Source: Pseudovirgaria hyperparasitica (lineage: Eukaryota). Taken from it: a stretch of 64,000 bases of DNA. Below are positions 42,179-54,636 of this stretch, piece by piece. Under the pieces are notes generated by a model, which saw only the letters and a list, made by a program, of their open reading frames with translations, made no database searches and had not been told where the DNA came from. The stretch is from assembly GCA_010093815.1 (NCBI GenBank), contig ML996581.1. One strand, written 5' to 3'. Within the stretch, counting starts at the first letter, position 1. The number at the start of each line of letters is the position of its first letter. A program made the position numbers and the translations under genes.

Positions 42179-44601
42179 TTACACACTATCGTCCAAACAT
42201 TGACAGTCGGCCAAACTCCCTCCTCTCCTTGTACCGCTGAGTGTCGATGGGCATCGCAGAGCAATCCTGTATTCCGAGCATTGCAACAGTATTGACCACA
42301 ACCGTTCTAGCGTGTAGCCGAAAAATGGCGCGTTCATCGAGTCCGGTCGCCCTTTTAGATACCCAGGTTTATGTACCTCACTTTCAGGATCGGCAATCAG
42401 TTTATGCAGCTTCTGAAAGGTTTTCCGGTCGGTACCCCGTAGCCGTCGTGCAGAAGCGATAAACTGCCCCTTGTAGGACAGCAAAGGAGTCCGGCAAGTC
42501 TCTTTCATGACTTCTTCGTGGATATCAGGCAAGATGGTGCCTGTATCATCATCAAAGCCCCAGCGGTCGTGGCAATTATAGCATTCGCATATATGTCCCA
42601 CAAAGCCAAGACTTAACATGCCTGTGGTCTGGTTGTAGTACTGATCGATCCGCCGGTAAAACTCCCAAGCGTTGTGAACGTGTGCTTGCACGAACAGAGT
42701 ATGGCGTGCAAGATTATCCCACTCTCTGTCAATATGATACAGGTATGTTTCTCCTTCTCTACCAATGTTGGGACGTTTCACAACGTGAGAAGCACCAGTC
42801 CTTTCAGTCAACTCTTCAACATTCGCTTTGTCGTCTTTCGTATATACCCACAATCTTATCTTCTGGTCGGCGAAACTTGACAGACTGCTGATCCGCGTTG
42901 CTATGTCTTTCGCGAAAGCAGCAGGTTCGTCATAAGCGCTCACGACTATATCGAAGTCGAATTTGGGGATATATGCCCGATCGAGATGTGCCACGAAGAG
43001 CTTCTGGTCTTCAGAGATGGTCTTCGCTCGAGGCGATACGAACACTGCAAACAAAGTCCAAATACATAGAGATAGTGCAAGTAGTGCCATGCAATCTCTG
43101 CCCATGGCGCTAGTGAGCGCAGAAACCTGTTGTAGTGACGTCTGTTGCTTCGATGGCGACGTCGAAGGTGGGTCGCGCTTGTCTCTAGAAGGAGATCTTT
43201 CTATCTGAGGTATATCAACCAGGCCTATATCCCTATCTCCACTCTGTCGGCTATCTCGTCCTCTTTGCCGTAGTCGTTGGCCCCTCCGCTGTTCAGAAAC
43301 CTCTCTCCCCCATAGCAATTGCGAGACAACAACTGATAGTGACGGCGCGAGAAGACTTGCAACCTGTAGCTTGGTAGACATCGCAGGGCGTGTTAGCAAA
43401 GTACTTGCAACTGCACAAGTACCTGCCCAGCAGAGACCGCGAAGAGTCCAAGTGGCAGATGGAATGCCACTAGCGACCTTTTCTTGATTAAAGCCGTCCA
43501 CATTGCTGAAGAATAGAAGTAGTGATGATGCCGTAGATCCGAGATTGATCGCGAGCGTTATTGGATGGACAAGGTTCAGGTCGGAGAAGACTTGCAGAGG
43601 GCGTTCCAACATGAGAAGCAAAAGCGTGGTCATTCCCAAAGACATAAGTATTGTCGTCCGCAAGGTATGATTGATGAAACGCTGCGACTGCGGCGATATC
43701 TTGACTAAAGTGTACGTTTCGATTATTGCCCTATATAGGCCAAAGAGACCCCATGCAGGGAGCGCAAAGAGAAGACCATTAGATTCCATACGGTATTCGT
43801 CCAGTAAAAGCCATGAGCATCCAATTAACAGCAAAAGCAAGGGTATCATGACGCGTTTAAGCCCCAAACGGCATGCAGGATCAGATATCGCTTGCCCGCA
43901 AGCGAACTCCAGTGTGAATTCAAATATCTATTGCCGTCAGTAGATTCACCTAATGTCGACTACCACACATACTATGAGCATGCTAACAGTTGGTAGGTTC
44001 GGAAAGTGAAGAATAGCCTGAGCAAGAAAAGGCAGCGACAGCGCGAGCGCAACACACGCGACGACTGAGGCCTTGGATGGTTCTAAGACCATTTGGGAGG
44101 CCGATATACTCTGAGCCAGCCATGCCAGCTTATCTGAAGTAGTCTGTGAGGCTGCCAGATCAAGCGTGGCAGATAGTAGCAACAATGAAATGAGTTGGGC
44201 AAACAGCAGATGGAGAGCTATTATGATCAGTATCGCCGCCTCAGAAAGAATGAATATGACGTACGATAATCTGGAGCGTGTTAGACCAGTAAAGCGATAG
44301 CTATGTTCGACTTACGGAAGTAAAGATCAATCAGAATATACTTTGTGCTCACGAAAGCTATCGTTGCGAGAGCCATGCGAGAGCTATGCGAAGTTTTCCA
44401 ATTAGCATTCAGGCAACTAATCTGTGCGACTAGCATTACATACACTTCTAATCCTAGTGAGCCGCCTCTATAGCCCCCTCGCAGGCCATGTTTAGTAACA
44501 ACTGATCTGAGCGACGAGGAGTTCCGGAATTCATCATCATCATCAGCAATGTCTGAGCCGAATTCATCGGTTGGCTCGACTGGAGAGTACTCATGTCTCA
44601 T
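42179..44601 (-). CDS. Multi-TM membrane protein with C-terminal DUF3431-like luminal domain (multi-exon)
   Basis: ORFs 44281..44601, 43946..44185 and 42179..43867. Hydrophobic N-terminal half; C-terminal DIVVSAYDE, PNIGREGETYLYHI, LARHTLFVQAH, SYKGQFIASARRLRG, FFGYTLERLW. 5' exon boundaries approximate. Confidence 0.7.
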
Positions 44602-45107
44602 ACTCCTTCTACTGGCATTTGGTCAGCCAGACCGGACGGAGGAGGCTTGTCGCGGCGAGCGTTGCAGCTATGGCGTTGTTGTGTTAAGGCAGTCCCAAGT
44701 TGTATCAAAGATTGTGGTGTCACCTGCAAGCTGCAGCCTTCGCCAGGGGTGAGGAAATTACGCTAGCTAAGATCAAGGGGACATCTCGGCCGAATTTAGA
44801 TTAAAACATCTGGTCAGCTCTGAGTGTTTAGAGGTTTAAGACTCATTATCTCATCAGCCTTGCTATTTTTGACTTCTACAAACACATGGGCTTGCCCACA
44901 TAGGTGAGAGTGCAATGGACTTTGGATGAGCATTCGTCATGCCACCGGCAAACCTGAGGCTGTTTTCCTTTACAGGTGGCCTGGCGGAAACCCATTTGTC
45001 ATCATCCGTCTCCTTGTCCCCGGCGCGGACGTCATCCGCGCGGCGGCATATAAAAGACTGAGAACAAGTTGGATTACGCAGGTAACATCAAGTGCAAGAG
45101 AAGCAGT

Positions 45108-46043
45108 ATGACCTACAAGGTAGCGCTTACCGGAACAACTGGCAAACTCGGTGGTGCAGTTCTTCGTTCGATATGCGAAAACAAATTGATTGCTCCATCT
45201 CAGCTCGTGATCGCAACATCGTCCGATCCATCTCATTCCCGCTGGGATGACCTGAGGGTGCAAGGTGCAAGCATCCGCTCCGCAAATTTCGACGATCCTT
45301 CCTCCATGGTAGCTGCCTTTCAGGGTTGCGATCGTGTCTTCATTGTATCTTCTACCGTCATTAGCCTTGACTTTCATGATTGTGCGGAGGGCGGAAGAGA
45401 GAGGCACCATATCGCGGCTATCGATGCGGCTCGGGCAGCAGGTGTCAAACACATCTACTATACGTCACTGGGATTCGCGGACCGGTCCAAAAGCGAGGTC
45501 ATGCGTGCCCACTTGGTCACGGAGAAGTATCTCCAGGACAAAGTCAATGACACTCGTTGGACAATTCTCCGCGAAGGCCTTTACAACGAATCCTGGCCCC
45601 TGTACCTTGGACATTGGAATATTGGTAATGATCAAAGGGCGGTCGTGAAGATCGCTGGGGATGGCAAGATCAATTGGACCAGCATACCTGATCTCGGTCT
45701 TGCCAACGCATCGATCATTGTCGACGATTCCCTGAGGTGGAACCACAAGATAGTTACCTTGTCGGCGATGAATTCTCATACCCTCGCCGAAGTCGCAGAG
45801 ATGGTTTCCAGTTCACTCGGCCGGGAGCTCAGAGTGGAAATCGTGTCTAGGAACGAGCACGAACAATACTATATCGATGAACAAGGGGAAGATGAAGGAA
45901 TGATCAAATGGTGGTCAAGGACGTATGACGCGCTGCCGGACGGCGAGTGCGAGAAATTTGACAACACGTTTGTTCAACTTCTGCGTCCGTTTGGTAGAGG
46001 GCCAAAGCCGATGCAGGAAACAGTGGCCGAAATGCTGAAATGA
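45108..46043 (+). CDS. NmrA-like NAD(P)-binding atypical SDR protein
   Basis: KVALTGTTGKLGG Rossmann motif, AIDAARAAGVKHIYYTSL, TILREGLYNESWPLYLG; TATAAAA at about 45049. Confidence 0.88.
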   Translation: MTYKVALTGTTGKLGGAVLRSICENKLIAPSQLVIATSSDPSHSRWDDLRVQGASIRSANFDDPSSMVAAFQGCDRVFIVSSTVISLDFHDCAEGGRERHHIAAIDAARAAGVKHIYYTSLGFADRSKSEVMRAHLVTEKYLQDKVNDTRWTILREGLYNESWPLYLGHWNIGNDQRAVVKIAGDGKINWTSIPDLGLANASIIVDDSLRWNHKIVTLSAMNSHTLAEVAEMVSSSLGRELRVEIVSRNEHEQYYIDEQGEDEGMIKWWSRTYDALPDGECEKFDNTFVQLLRPFGRGPKPMQETVAEMLK

Positions 46044-46282
46044 AGTCGATCGTGTATCAATAACTAGAAACGGACCATGTTTTTAGAAACAAGAAAGAGT
46101 AACATGTCGCCTTGGTATCGCCGACAGTAGTACTCCGCTCACTCGGATACTGTGGTGGTAGGAAGCACTCTTGAGCTCCATGTTACATTACACTTGACTT
46201 ATGCCGGCGGAGAAAATCGGGCCTCTCCTTGGATACGGCTACCCACGACATTGATCTGCCGCATGACTTGTACCCGTCCTAC

Positions 46283-46339
46283 GCACTTCGGAGTTGTCAC
46301 TTCGGAGTTGTCACTTCGGAGGTTACAACTCCGAAGTGC
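46283..46339. repeat. 14-bp tandem repeat plus an inverted copy
   Basis: CACTTCGGAGTTGT x2, partial CACTTCGGAG, then GTT, then the exact reverse complement ACAACTCCGAAGTG. Confidence 0.9.
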
Positions 46340-46812
46340 CTGGGACGGGTAAACGACAGTTCCTTAGATGCGACTTACTAATGCCGCTCCAAAAATCGAG
46401 CACTGCACTTCATTGGTTGCTGCTTATTAATGCTACGCCCTGTGGTGGCCGAAACTTGCCCAGCTTGTACATTCGTGGAGCTAGTTTGCTCCATCGTGAC
46501 TTTATAGAACATTAGCAAGCAAGCCACTGTCAAGCACAAGGCGCAATGATCCACAACGATGACTGGTCTCGAAAATGATGCCGCTCTCTGGTATGATTCA
46601 TCATATAAATATCACTGGCAGAAGTACAAGTGAAGCTGGGCATAAACCACAGTATCAATTTTCGCATCACCTTCCAGCAGTGCAACTTTGCCCAGAACCT
46701 TAAACATTGGCCAACGTTTATCCAGGCGATCTTTGGAAAAGCAGCATTTCTCTTATCCCATTGATTCGACCCAACATTACTTTACGACATCTCAACTCCA
46801 CCTCAAATAAGA

Positions 46813-47037
46813 ATGCCACGATCCGCATCAATGGACACCACCTCGAAGGCATCATCCTTTGATTCAGCCTCGAGTGTCGTGTCCGCACCGAAGGCTGGCA
46901 TAGCACATGACAAGTCGCCCTCGAAGCTACTCAAACGCGCATATAACCATGTACTCGAGAAAGCCAAAGATCATCATCGCAACGTCAACACAGCATTCGA
47001 TTCACTCTATGGAACGAACTACTACGGTTCTCGCTAG
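46813..47037 (+). CDS. Small hypothetical protein (74 aa)
   Basis: ATG-to-TAG ORF with TATAAATA at about 46604; C-terminal KDHHRNVNTAFDSLYG resembles small Pezizomycotina proteins (from memory). Confidence 0.55.
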   Translation: MPRSASMDTTSKASSFDSASSVVSAPKAGIAHDKSPSKLLKRAYNHVLEKAKDHHRNVNTAFDSLYGTNYYGSR

Positions 47038-47626
47038 CTGAGCCATCCCGGCAATCCTGGAGGGACTCTCATGGTCATGATTTCGGGTACAATCAGTACT
47101 GTTGCTGCATATTCTGGCGTTTGGATGGAATATGAATCGAGTCGTCTATTTCATGGCTGGCGTGCTCGCCAGTGGTCGGTCGCAGGCGCGAATCATTTGA
47201 TGAGGATGGCAAACCGGTGATTTAGGAGTGTTTACTTAGATTCCTGCTTCCATAGACACTTTAATAAACCTTAATATCATGAGTCAAAAATTGAAGAGCA
47301 CAGTGCAGCATGGCAGTTGACGTAAACCTATCTAGGAGTGAGTTTGTTAGGTAGAATGTAGAATGCAGTTAATTAGTCTCAATTCGGCTTAGACAGCTGC
47401 GGGACAGACGCCGATCGGGCTTCATCCATGGGTGTCGCGACTAAAAAAAAGTCGTTTAGATTTATGCGCCAAGAGCTTGCAAAGTTCGCTGGCTCACGTC
47501 TTCCGTTGCGCTGAACTACGGCTCGACAAGTAGACAACCTTGCAGTGCTATACAATCGATAGAACTGCCTAGAGAGCTGGCTGATACATCCGTGTCTTAA
47601 TCATTCGCAGCGTCGCTGCCGCGACT

Positions 47627-50600
47627 ATGGTGCACAAAGCAGTGTCAGTATTTTCGAATTCCCAAATCCAATTACTTGCTGACTATCTCAAGAGATCACC
47701 GCGTACCTGCCGTTATTCGGAATGGAGTTCAGGTGCGACTTGTCTTGACCCTACCACATATAAAGAGCATAATAGCTTACGAGCCTGCATGTATAGGAAA
47801 AGAAACGAAGTTTCTTCGTGGTCGTAGGAGATCGCCAGAAAGATGTAATAGTTCAGCTGTACCACATACTTCTCAACACCGATATCAAACTCAACAAATC
47901 GGTGCTGTGGGCGTACAAGAAGGACCTCCTACAATTCTCTAGGTTCGTCTAGCATGCAACCGAATCATGCCGAGAATGCTGCTAATGGAGGCATACATTC
48001 AGCCACCGCAAGAAGCGCGAGAAGAAGATCAAGAGCGATATCAAAAGGGGCATACGGCCCGCCGATTCCGAGGACCCTTTCGAACTCTTCATATCGACTC
48101 AGAATGTTCGATATGTATACTATAAAGAGACAGAGAAGATATTGGGTAATACATACGGCATGTGTATTCTTCAAGACTTCGAGGCGATCACTCCGAATCT
48201 ACTGGCGCGAACTGTCGAAACTGTCGAAGGTGGTGGCTTGGTCATTCTACTCCTGAAGGGGATGAACAGTTTGAAGCAGCTATACACACTCTCTATGGAC
48301 GTCCATTCCAGGTATCGGACGGAAGCGCATCAAGATGCTGTGGCCCGATTCAATGAGCGATTCATTTTATCTCTAGGTAGTTGCGACTCCTGTCTGGTAG
48401 TTGATGATGAGCTGAACGTACTCCCCATCTCCGGCGGGCGATCGGTCACCCGCTTACCGCCCCCTGACTCTGAGCTCCAAGGCAAGACTCCAGAAGCCCT
48501 CGAATTGCAGAAAATCAAGGACAGTTTCACGGATTCACCCCCTATAGGCTCTTTAATACCACTAGCACGTACCGTAGACCAGGCAAAGGCACTGCTTACA
48601 TTTGTCGATGCGATAGCAGAAAAGACATTGCAAAGTACAGTCACACTGACTGCAGCCCGTGGGCGTGGGAAATCAGCAGCTCTTGGAGTTGCTGTGGCTG
48701 CTGCGGTAGCACATGGCTACAGCAACATCTTCATCACCTCTCCAAGTCCAGAGAATCTAAAGACATTATTCGAATTCGTCTTCAAGGGTTTCGATGCTCT
48801 GAACTACTTGGACCACGTTGATTACACCATCATCCAATCAACTAATCGGGAGTTCAACAAAGCGATCGTGAGAGTGAACATCCACCGGCAGCATCGGCAA
48901 ACAATTCAGTATATTCGGCCACAAGACGCTTATGCATTAGGCCAAGCTGAGCTCCTAGTTATCGACGAGGCTGCGGCTATCCCGTTGCCCCTAGTCCGTA
49001 AACTCATGGGTCCATATCTGGTATTCATGGCGTCGACTATCAACGGATACGAAGGCACAGGCCGGTCACTATCTCTGAAACTTATTCAGCAGTTGAGAGA
49101 TCAGTCAAGAGGGGCATCAAAAGCCAACGCCGTGGATGAGACTGTGGCAGACAGATCTACGGGTAAAGGTTATAAAGATACATCGGGAATAGGTAGTGTC
49201 GGACGGTCACTGCGTGAAATCACCCTTTCTGAGCCTATACGGTACGCACCTGGAGATCCCGTGGAAAAGTGGCTGAACTCTTTACTCTGCCTCGACGCCC
49301 ATCTTCCGAAATCGAAACTAAGCCAACAAGGATGTCCGCATCCCTCGAAGTGCGAGCTTCTACAAATTAATCGAGACACTCTTTTCTCTTTCCACAAGGC
49401 AGCGGAGAAGTTTTTGCAGAACATGATGGCTCTTTATGTTGCCAGTCACTACAAAAATTCACCCAACGACCTGCAACTCATGTCAGACGCCCCCGCACAT
49501 CAGCTTTTTGCTCTTGTGGCATCTTCTGACTTGGATAGCGGGCGTTTACCGGAGATACTTTGCGTTATCCAGGTCGCGTTAGAAGGTCAGATCAGCCGAG
49601 AGAGTGTGCTGCAGAGCTTAAGTAGGGGTCACCGAGCTGGCGGCGACCTCATTCCGTGGCTGGTCAGCCAGCAATTTCAAGAAGACTCCTTCGCCCAGCT
49701 TTCAGGTGCTCGTATTGTCCGTATCGCCACGAATCCCGACTACGCGAATATGGGCTACGGCTCGAAGGCCTTGGACCTTTTGACAAATTTCTACGAAGGG
49801 AAATTTGTCAACTTATCAGAAAGTTCAGTAGCAGAGGAATCTGCGATGCCACGTATAACCGATGTGGATCTCGACGAACCAACTTTACTACAGGACAACA
49901 TCAAGGTTCGAGATGACAAGATGATGCCACCTCTATTTGCACGCCTTAGTGAGCGTAAACCGCCTCACCTTGACTATTTGGGTGTTAGCTACGGTCTCAC
50001 ATCCACCTTGCACAGGTTCTGGAAGAGATCTTCCTTTTCCCCGGTATACCTTAGACAAACACCAAACGATCTCACGGGAGAGCATACATGTGTGATGTTG
50101 CGTGCTCTGGATGGTGCAGAGGTCGATGCCAGCTATATTGGCGCTTTCTGTCGTGATTTCCAGCGTCGCTTCCGTTCGCTCCTCTCTTACGAGTTCCGAA
50201 CATTTCCCTCGATTCTCGCCCTGTCCGTCAACGAAAGTGCAAACGCAGGCGCCATGCTAGATCGAAACACCACACCAAATGTCCTGACGAAAACAGATCT
50301 TGACGATAAGTTCTCGGCTTTTGATCTGAAACGGCTGGACAGCTATGCGAATAACATGCTAGACTACCACGTGATTCTGGACATGCTTCCAGTGCTTGCA
50401 TCTCTATATTTCGAAGGTCGGCTTGGATCGGCAGTGTCTTTGACTGGTGTTCAAACATCAATTCTCCTCGCGATCGGGCTACAGCGCAAGACTCTCGATG
50501 ATTTGGAGAAGGAACTCAATCTGCAAAACAGCCAGCTACTGGCAATGTTCATCAAGATTGTGCGGAAGATCTCTCTGCATTTCCGTTCTCTGCTCGAGGG

Positions 50601-51006
50601 CGCAATCGCGGAGACCTTACCCGAAGCGCCAGAGCCCGAGCACCCGCTTGACGAGCCCAATAACACCGAGGCAGCGAACGATAGATTCAAACCTCTGGCC
50701 CAGACGCTCAACGACGAACTAGAAGACGGCGTAGCCGAGGTGCGGAAGGAAGAAAAAGAAAGAGTGCGGAGCATGATCGATGCGCTGCCCCTCGACCGCT
50801 ACGAAATCGCCACCGGCGATGCCGCCGACTGGGAGGAGCCTGAGCGCCAGATCCGCGCTGGGAAGAGTACGACCGTGGCGGTCAAGAATAGCAAGGCCCA
50901 GGGCAAGAGGAAACACGGCGAGTTACAGGAGGCGCTCAAGGAGGCTGATGCTGTTCGCGAGGGCAAGAAGTCGAAAAAGGGGTCGGCGTCGAGGAAATCT
51001 AGATGA
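47627..51006 (+). CDS. KRE33: RNA cytidine acetyltransferase Kre33/NAT10
   Basis: Small 5' exons MVHKAV/DHRVPAVIRNGVQ/EKKRSFFVVVGD...SVLWAYKK; ILGNTYGMCILQDFEAITPNLLARTVETVEGGG, TAARGRGKSAALG, LLVIDEAAAIPLP, STINGYEGTGRSL, SHYKNSPNDLQL, GARIVRIATNP. Confidence 0.97.
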
Positions 51007-51538
51007 GAAGGTTTTGGCGCTGCTGTGGCAGGGGTGTTCTTCTAGTTTGGGGGTACTTGGTTTGGTGACGAGATTACATGTACAGCTATTGCTCGTGGTA
51101 CGGTGTAATCTGCACTGTAGGACGTAAAGCGTTGTTGGCCTGCTTGTTGCAAAGACAAAAAAATGTAAAGGGGTTCTACTGCCTCCCATGACCTACCGAG
51201 CGCACCAGCGTTTCGGTAGAGGCTTTCAAGATTATCTGATCGCGTGTCAGGATATATGTGAGATGGAACTTGGCAGTGCTCGAAGCATGTTCGAGAGCGC
51301 CATTACCGTTACGAGAAGTGGGCTTGTGTAGGGGGCCTTTATATATACCCCATGGTGTCTGTCACATAAAACGTAGGCAAGCAACAGGATAGGCAGTAAA
51401 AATAAAGTCATGCAGCTTATATATGTCTAGCGCCGGACTGTGAGATAGTTACAATTTTTTCTACCTGGCACCACTACGGTGCCAACAGTGCGAGATTTTT
51501 TCTTATACTCCTCTTCTTCTTCTTCTTTTTGAATGAAT

Positions 51539-54120
51539 CTACTGGTCAAGCTGTACGTAGTTGGCAGGGAACAAGCCTTCCTTACCGCCATAATGGCCGA
51601 ACCACCAGTCATCGTCGGGGAACTCCTGTGTGATTTTATTAGCGACTGTTCATTGAATACATATGGAATGGCCGAGGACTTACGACACCGGTGATTGTTG
51701 CACCGTCTGGGAAGCTGAGCTCGTTGTCTTCTGCGGCTTCATAGTCGTATTGTGCAGTGGCGGTGGCACCCTGCGAGGCAGCAGGCGCGGCAGCAGGCGG
51801 TGGAGGTGGAGGTACGTCGCGAGCAGCAGGCGCAGGAGCAGGAGCAGGGGCGGCAGGTTGTTCGTCCTCTACGAGCTCGACATAGTTGCTTGGGAACAGG
51901 CCTTGTTCTCCTTTGCTGTTGACGCCCATCCACCAGTCATCGTCGACCATGTCGATGTTGGTCACGAAATCGCCCTCGCGCAGCTCAATCTCATTGTCCT
52001 CTGCGGGCTCGTAATCGTACTGGATCTGTGCACGCTGGCCACCGGTTGCCGCGGGTGCAGAGCTGCCGCCCATTGTTTGTGCAGCGCCGCGAGCTGCTTC
52101 GTCGTCTTCCGCTTGAGGCTCGTCATCGGTTTCTTGTCTTTCAGATACGACCTTTGACAAAGAGGCGGCAGGTAAGGACTGTTCTGGTTCCTCGGCGGGC
52201 TCAGGGGCAGCGCCTCGTCCTACGGGCATAGCAATCCGCACTGGTGAAGAAGAACGCATCTCGTCCGGAGTTGGTGGAGACGGGCTGCGAGGCTGGGCTG
52301 GCGGTGGAGGAATATGTTGCGTTTGCTCGTCCGGATAGTCGTCTTCTTCAGCTGCTGCTGGACGTGTAGGAAGGCCAGGTATTGGAACGCCTCGCGGTCC
52401 TCCGGCATGAGGCTTGCTTGACATATCCATTTGTGGAGGTGATGGCGCTGAGACACCCCTGGGAGGAGGTGGAGCGCCCATTCCGATAGGGGCGGCATCC
52501 TTGAAGCGGTCACGAATGGCACCGACGCCACCTGCAGGTACCGGCTCGTCTTCTTGTTCTTCTTGACCAGTCTTTTGCGCACTGATGTTGCTCCCTGTAC
52601 CAGTATGAGTGGTCTGAACAGGAGCCCATGACTTTCCAGAGTAGCCACTCTTCCATCCCCCATCTCCGCTAGCTTGGCTAGACAGGCCAGACGGTTGTGC
52701 TTGTACAGGTTGTGGTGCACCTCCTTGGCGAGCCTTCTTCTCTGCCCAGATTTGAGCAGGAGTTTTGCCACCTTCATCCGCAAATGTGCGGCTTGCGATA
52801 CCGACCGGAGCTGCAGTAGTAGGCTTGGGTCCAAGAGCAGCCGGTGTGGGAGCTTTTGTGCCTGCGAATGTGCTACCACCCGAGCCAAACTTGTTGGCAA
52901 CTTTGGGTTTCGGTAGAGAAGCAAGTCGTTCGGATTGACTGAATGCCGCGGATCGCTCGGCCAGGGACTTTGGTGCTTCCTCGTCTTGCGCCGATCCCCC
53001 TGTAGCAGCTGGTGATACTCGCGAAGGCGTTGAGGCAGCTCCTGGGCCTTGCGCTTTGGCGCGAATAGCAGCAATGTCGACCTTTCCGACAGGTTCGTAT
53101 GCTCCTTTTACGATTGTTGGACGGTCGTCTTGTGCTCCTCCGCCCTCCTTAGCCTTCCTCCGAATCTCGGCAATATCGACCTTCCCAATAGGTTGGTAAC
53201 CACCTCGAACCACGTCGCTTGGTGTGTCATCCCGTTGCGGCGTGATATATCTTGATGGCTCTTGCTCAGACCGCCGCATGGTGCCAAGATCGACTTTTGT
53301 AGGCTTGTATGCAGATTCTACTTTTTCTAATTGCGACCGTGTAACAGGTGGAGCATCTGCTCCCCAGCCGTCTTTATCAACATCTCCTCTTTGAGACGCA
53401 GCTCGGACCCCAGATCCGAGTGGGTTGAACCCAGACCCACCTCCAGCAACACGAGTAGGCCTGCTGACGACGGGTTTGCTTGCGACAGGCGGTGGGGGAC
53501 CTCCAGCTCCGCGCGCACCAGCTTGAGGAGCTGCACCACCTACTTTCTGAAGGACATCTTCCGCCGTCAGGTCTTCACGGGTGCGGATCTCCATTGGTAC
53601 ATTATAGCCCTACTACTATTAGATAACGTTTGATGAGTATCTCCTGATATGCGCATACCGGCAGAAGTTTCTTGAGCGCATTCGACTGTCCCGGAAAAAA
53701 GTTGTTTCTCAATAGAGGAGGAGCGTTGGTATCGCACTGGAGTCCTCTATAGTTAGAACCCAATGTGCTCGGAATGCCCGCCTCAGACTCACCCATTCAA
53801 CCAAAGCGCATTTTTCGGCGACAGGCTGCGTGTTTGGTATGGCCAGTTTAACCAAAGCGAACAGAATAGACCCTTCGTAGTCCGGGCTGGAATAGTCTTT
53901 GACGAAGGCGTCAATGTCGCCCTCTGGTCAACACGTCAGTCGTATCCGTTTCCGAGGTGAGAATATACGAACCTCTAACCATATTGCCGTCGTAATCCTC
54001 TTCGACTTTCAGGCCCCGCGCCGCAGAAAAGATTGTCCATTTCGCCGAGACGTTTGCTGGGAGTTTGCTAGAGACGATGTCCGCATGTATCTTTCTGATG
54101 GTAGCTTCGGAGGTAGCCAT
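51539..54120 (-). CDS. ABP1: Actin-binding protein Abp1/drebrin-like (ADF-H plus two SH3 domains)
   Basis: [39 protein letters not shown] repeats, [15 protein letters not shown]3 [13 protein letters not shown]...GLFPSNYV; second SH3 completed by the last exon [10 protein letters not shown]...[13 protein letters not shown]-terminal ADF-H region split over 4 exons. Confidence 0.92.
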
Positions 54121-54462
54121 GTTTAGCGAAGGTGGGAGAGTCGCCAAGGGGCTGGAGCGGAGACTGGGCTGTCAGAATAGGTGAGGAGGATGCCCAGGGA
54201 CAATTGACGAGGGCGATTCGACACTTTGTGAGTGTATGTAAAGGAGTAATACTGGCAGCCTGGTGTTGATTCGGCGAATGTGGAGCTCGGGGGTGGTGGT
54301 GGTGGGTTGTGTGGAGCAGATGGGCAGCAGTGACAGGCGAGTGCTCAGCCCGCCACAGCCCTTGATACGTAACGCTGTGTGTATTATGTGTAATGCTGTA
54401 CTGCATAATTCCCCCGGACGAATAATACGGAATACGAGGCTTGGCAGGCCGTAGTCGACGTC

Positions 54463-54492
54463 CTTATCGATAGCGCTGCCCAAAATTATTTT
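54463..54492. promoter_or_regulatory. Candidate ribosome-biogenesis promoter elements (CTTATCGAT plus RRPE-like AAAATTATTTT)
   Basis: Both motifs lie 145-175 bp upstream of RCL1 in the ABP1/RCL1 divergent promoter; resemblance to yeast PAC/RRPE is inference. Confidence 0.4.
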
Positions 54493-54636
54493 ACGTCGCA
54501 TGCATACCGCATGCACTACGCACTTCTCTAACCAGCCCACGCCGTGTCGAAGATGATTAATATATAGCTGATCCCTCCTCGAACCTCGAACCTCGAACCT
54601 CGAATCCTCACTCGTTCACATCGAAGCCGCGTCTCA

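Noticed and set aside
51560..51625. Apparent frameshift in the last ABP1 exon
   Set aside because: Careful reading gives TGG TGG TTC GGC CAT, which is in frame.
54577..54606. (CCTCGAA)x4 just upstream of RCL1 as a heat-shock element
   Set aside because: The GAA units are direct repeats at 7-bp spacing, not alternating nGAAn pentamers; more likely a simple repeat.
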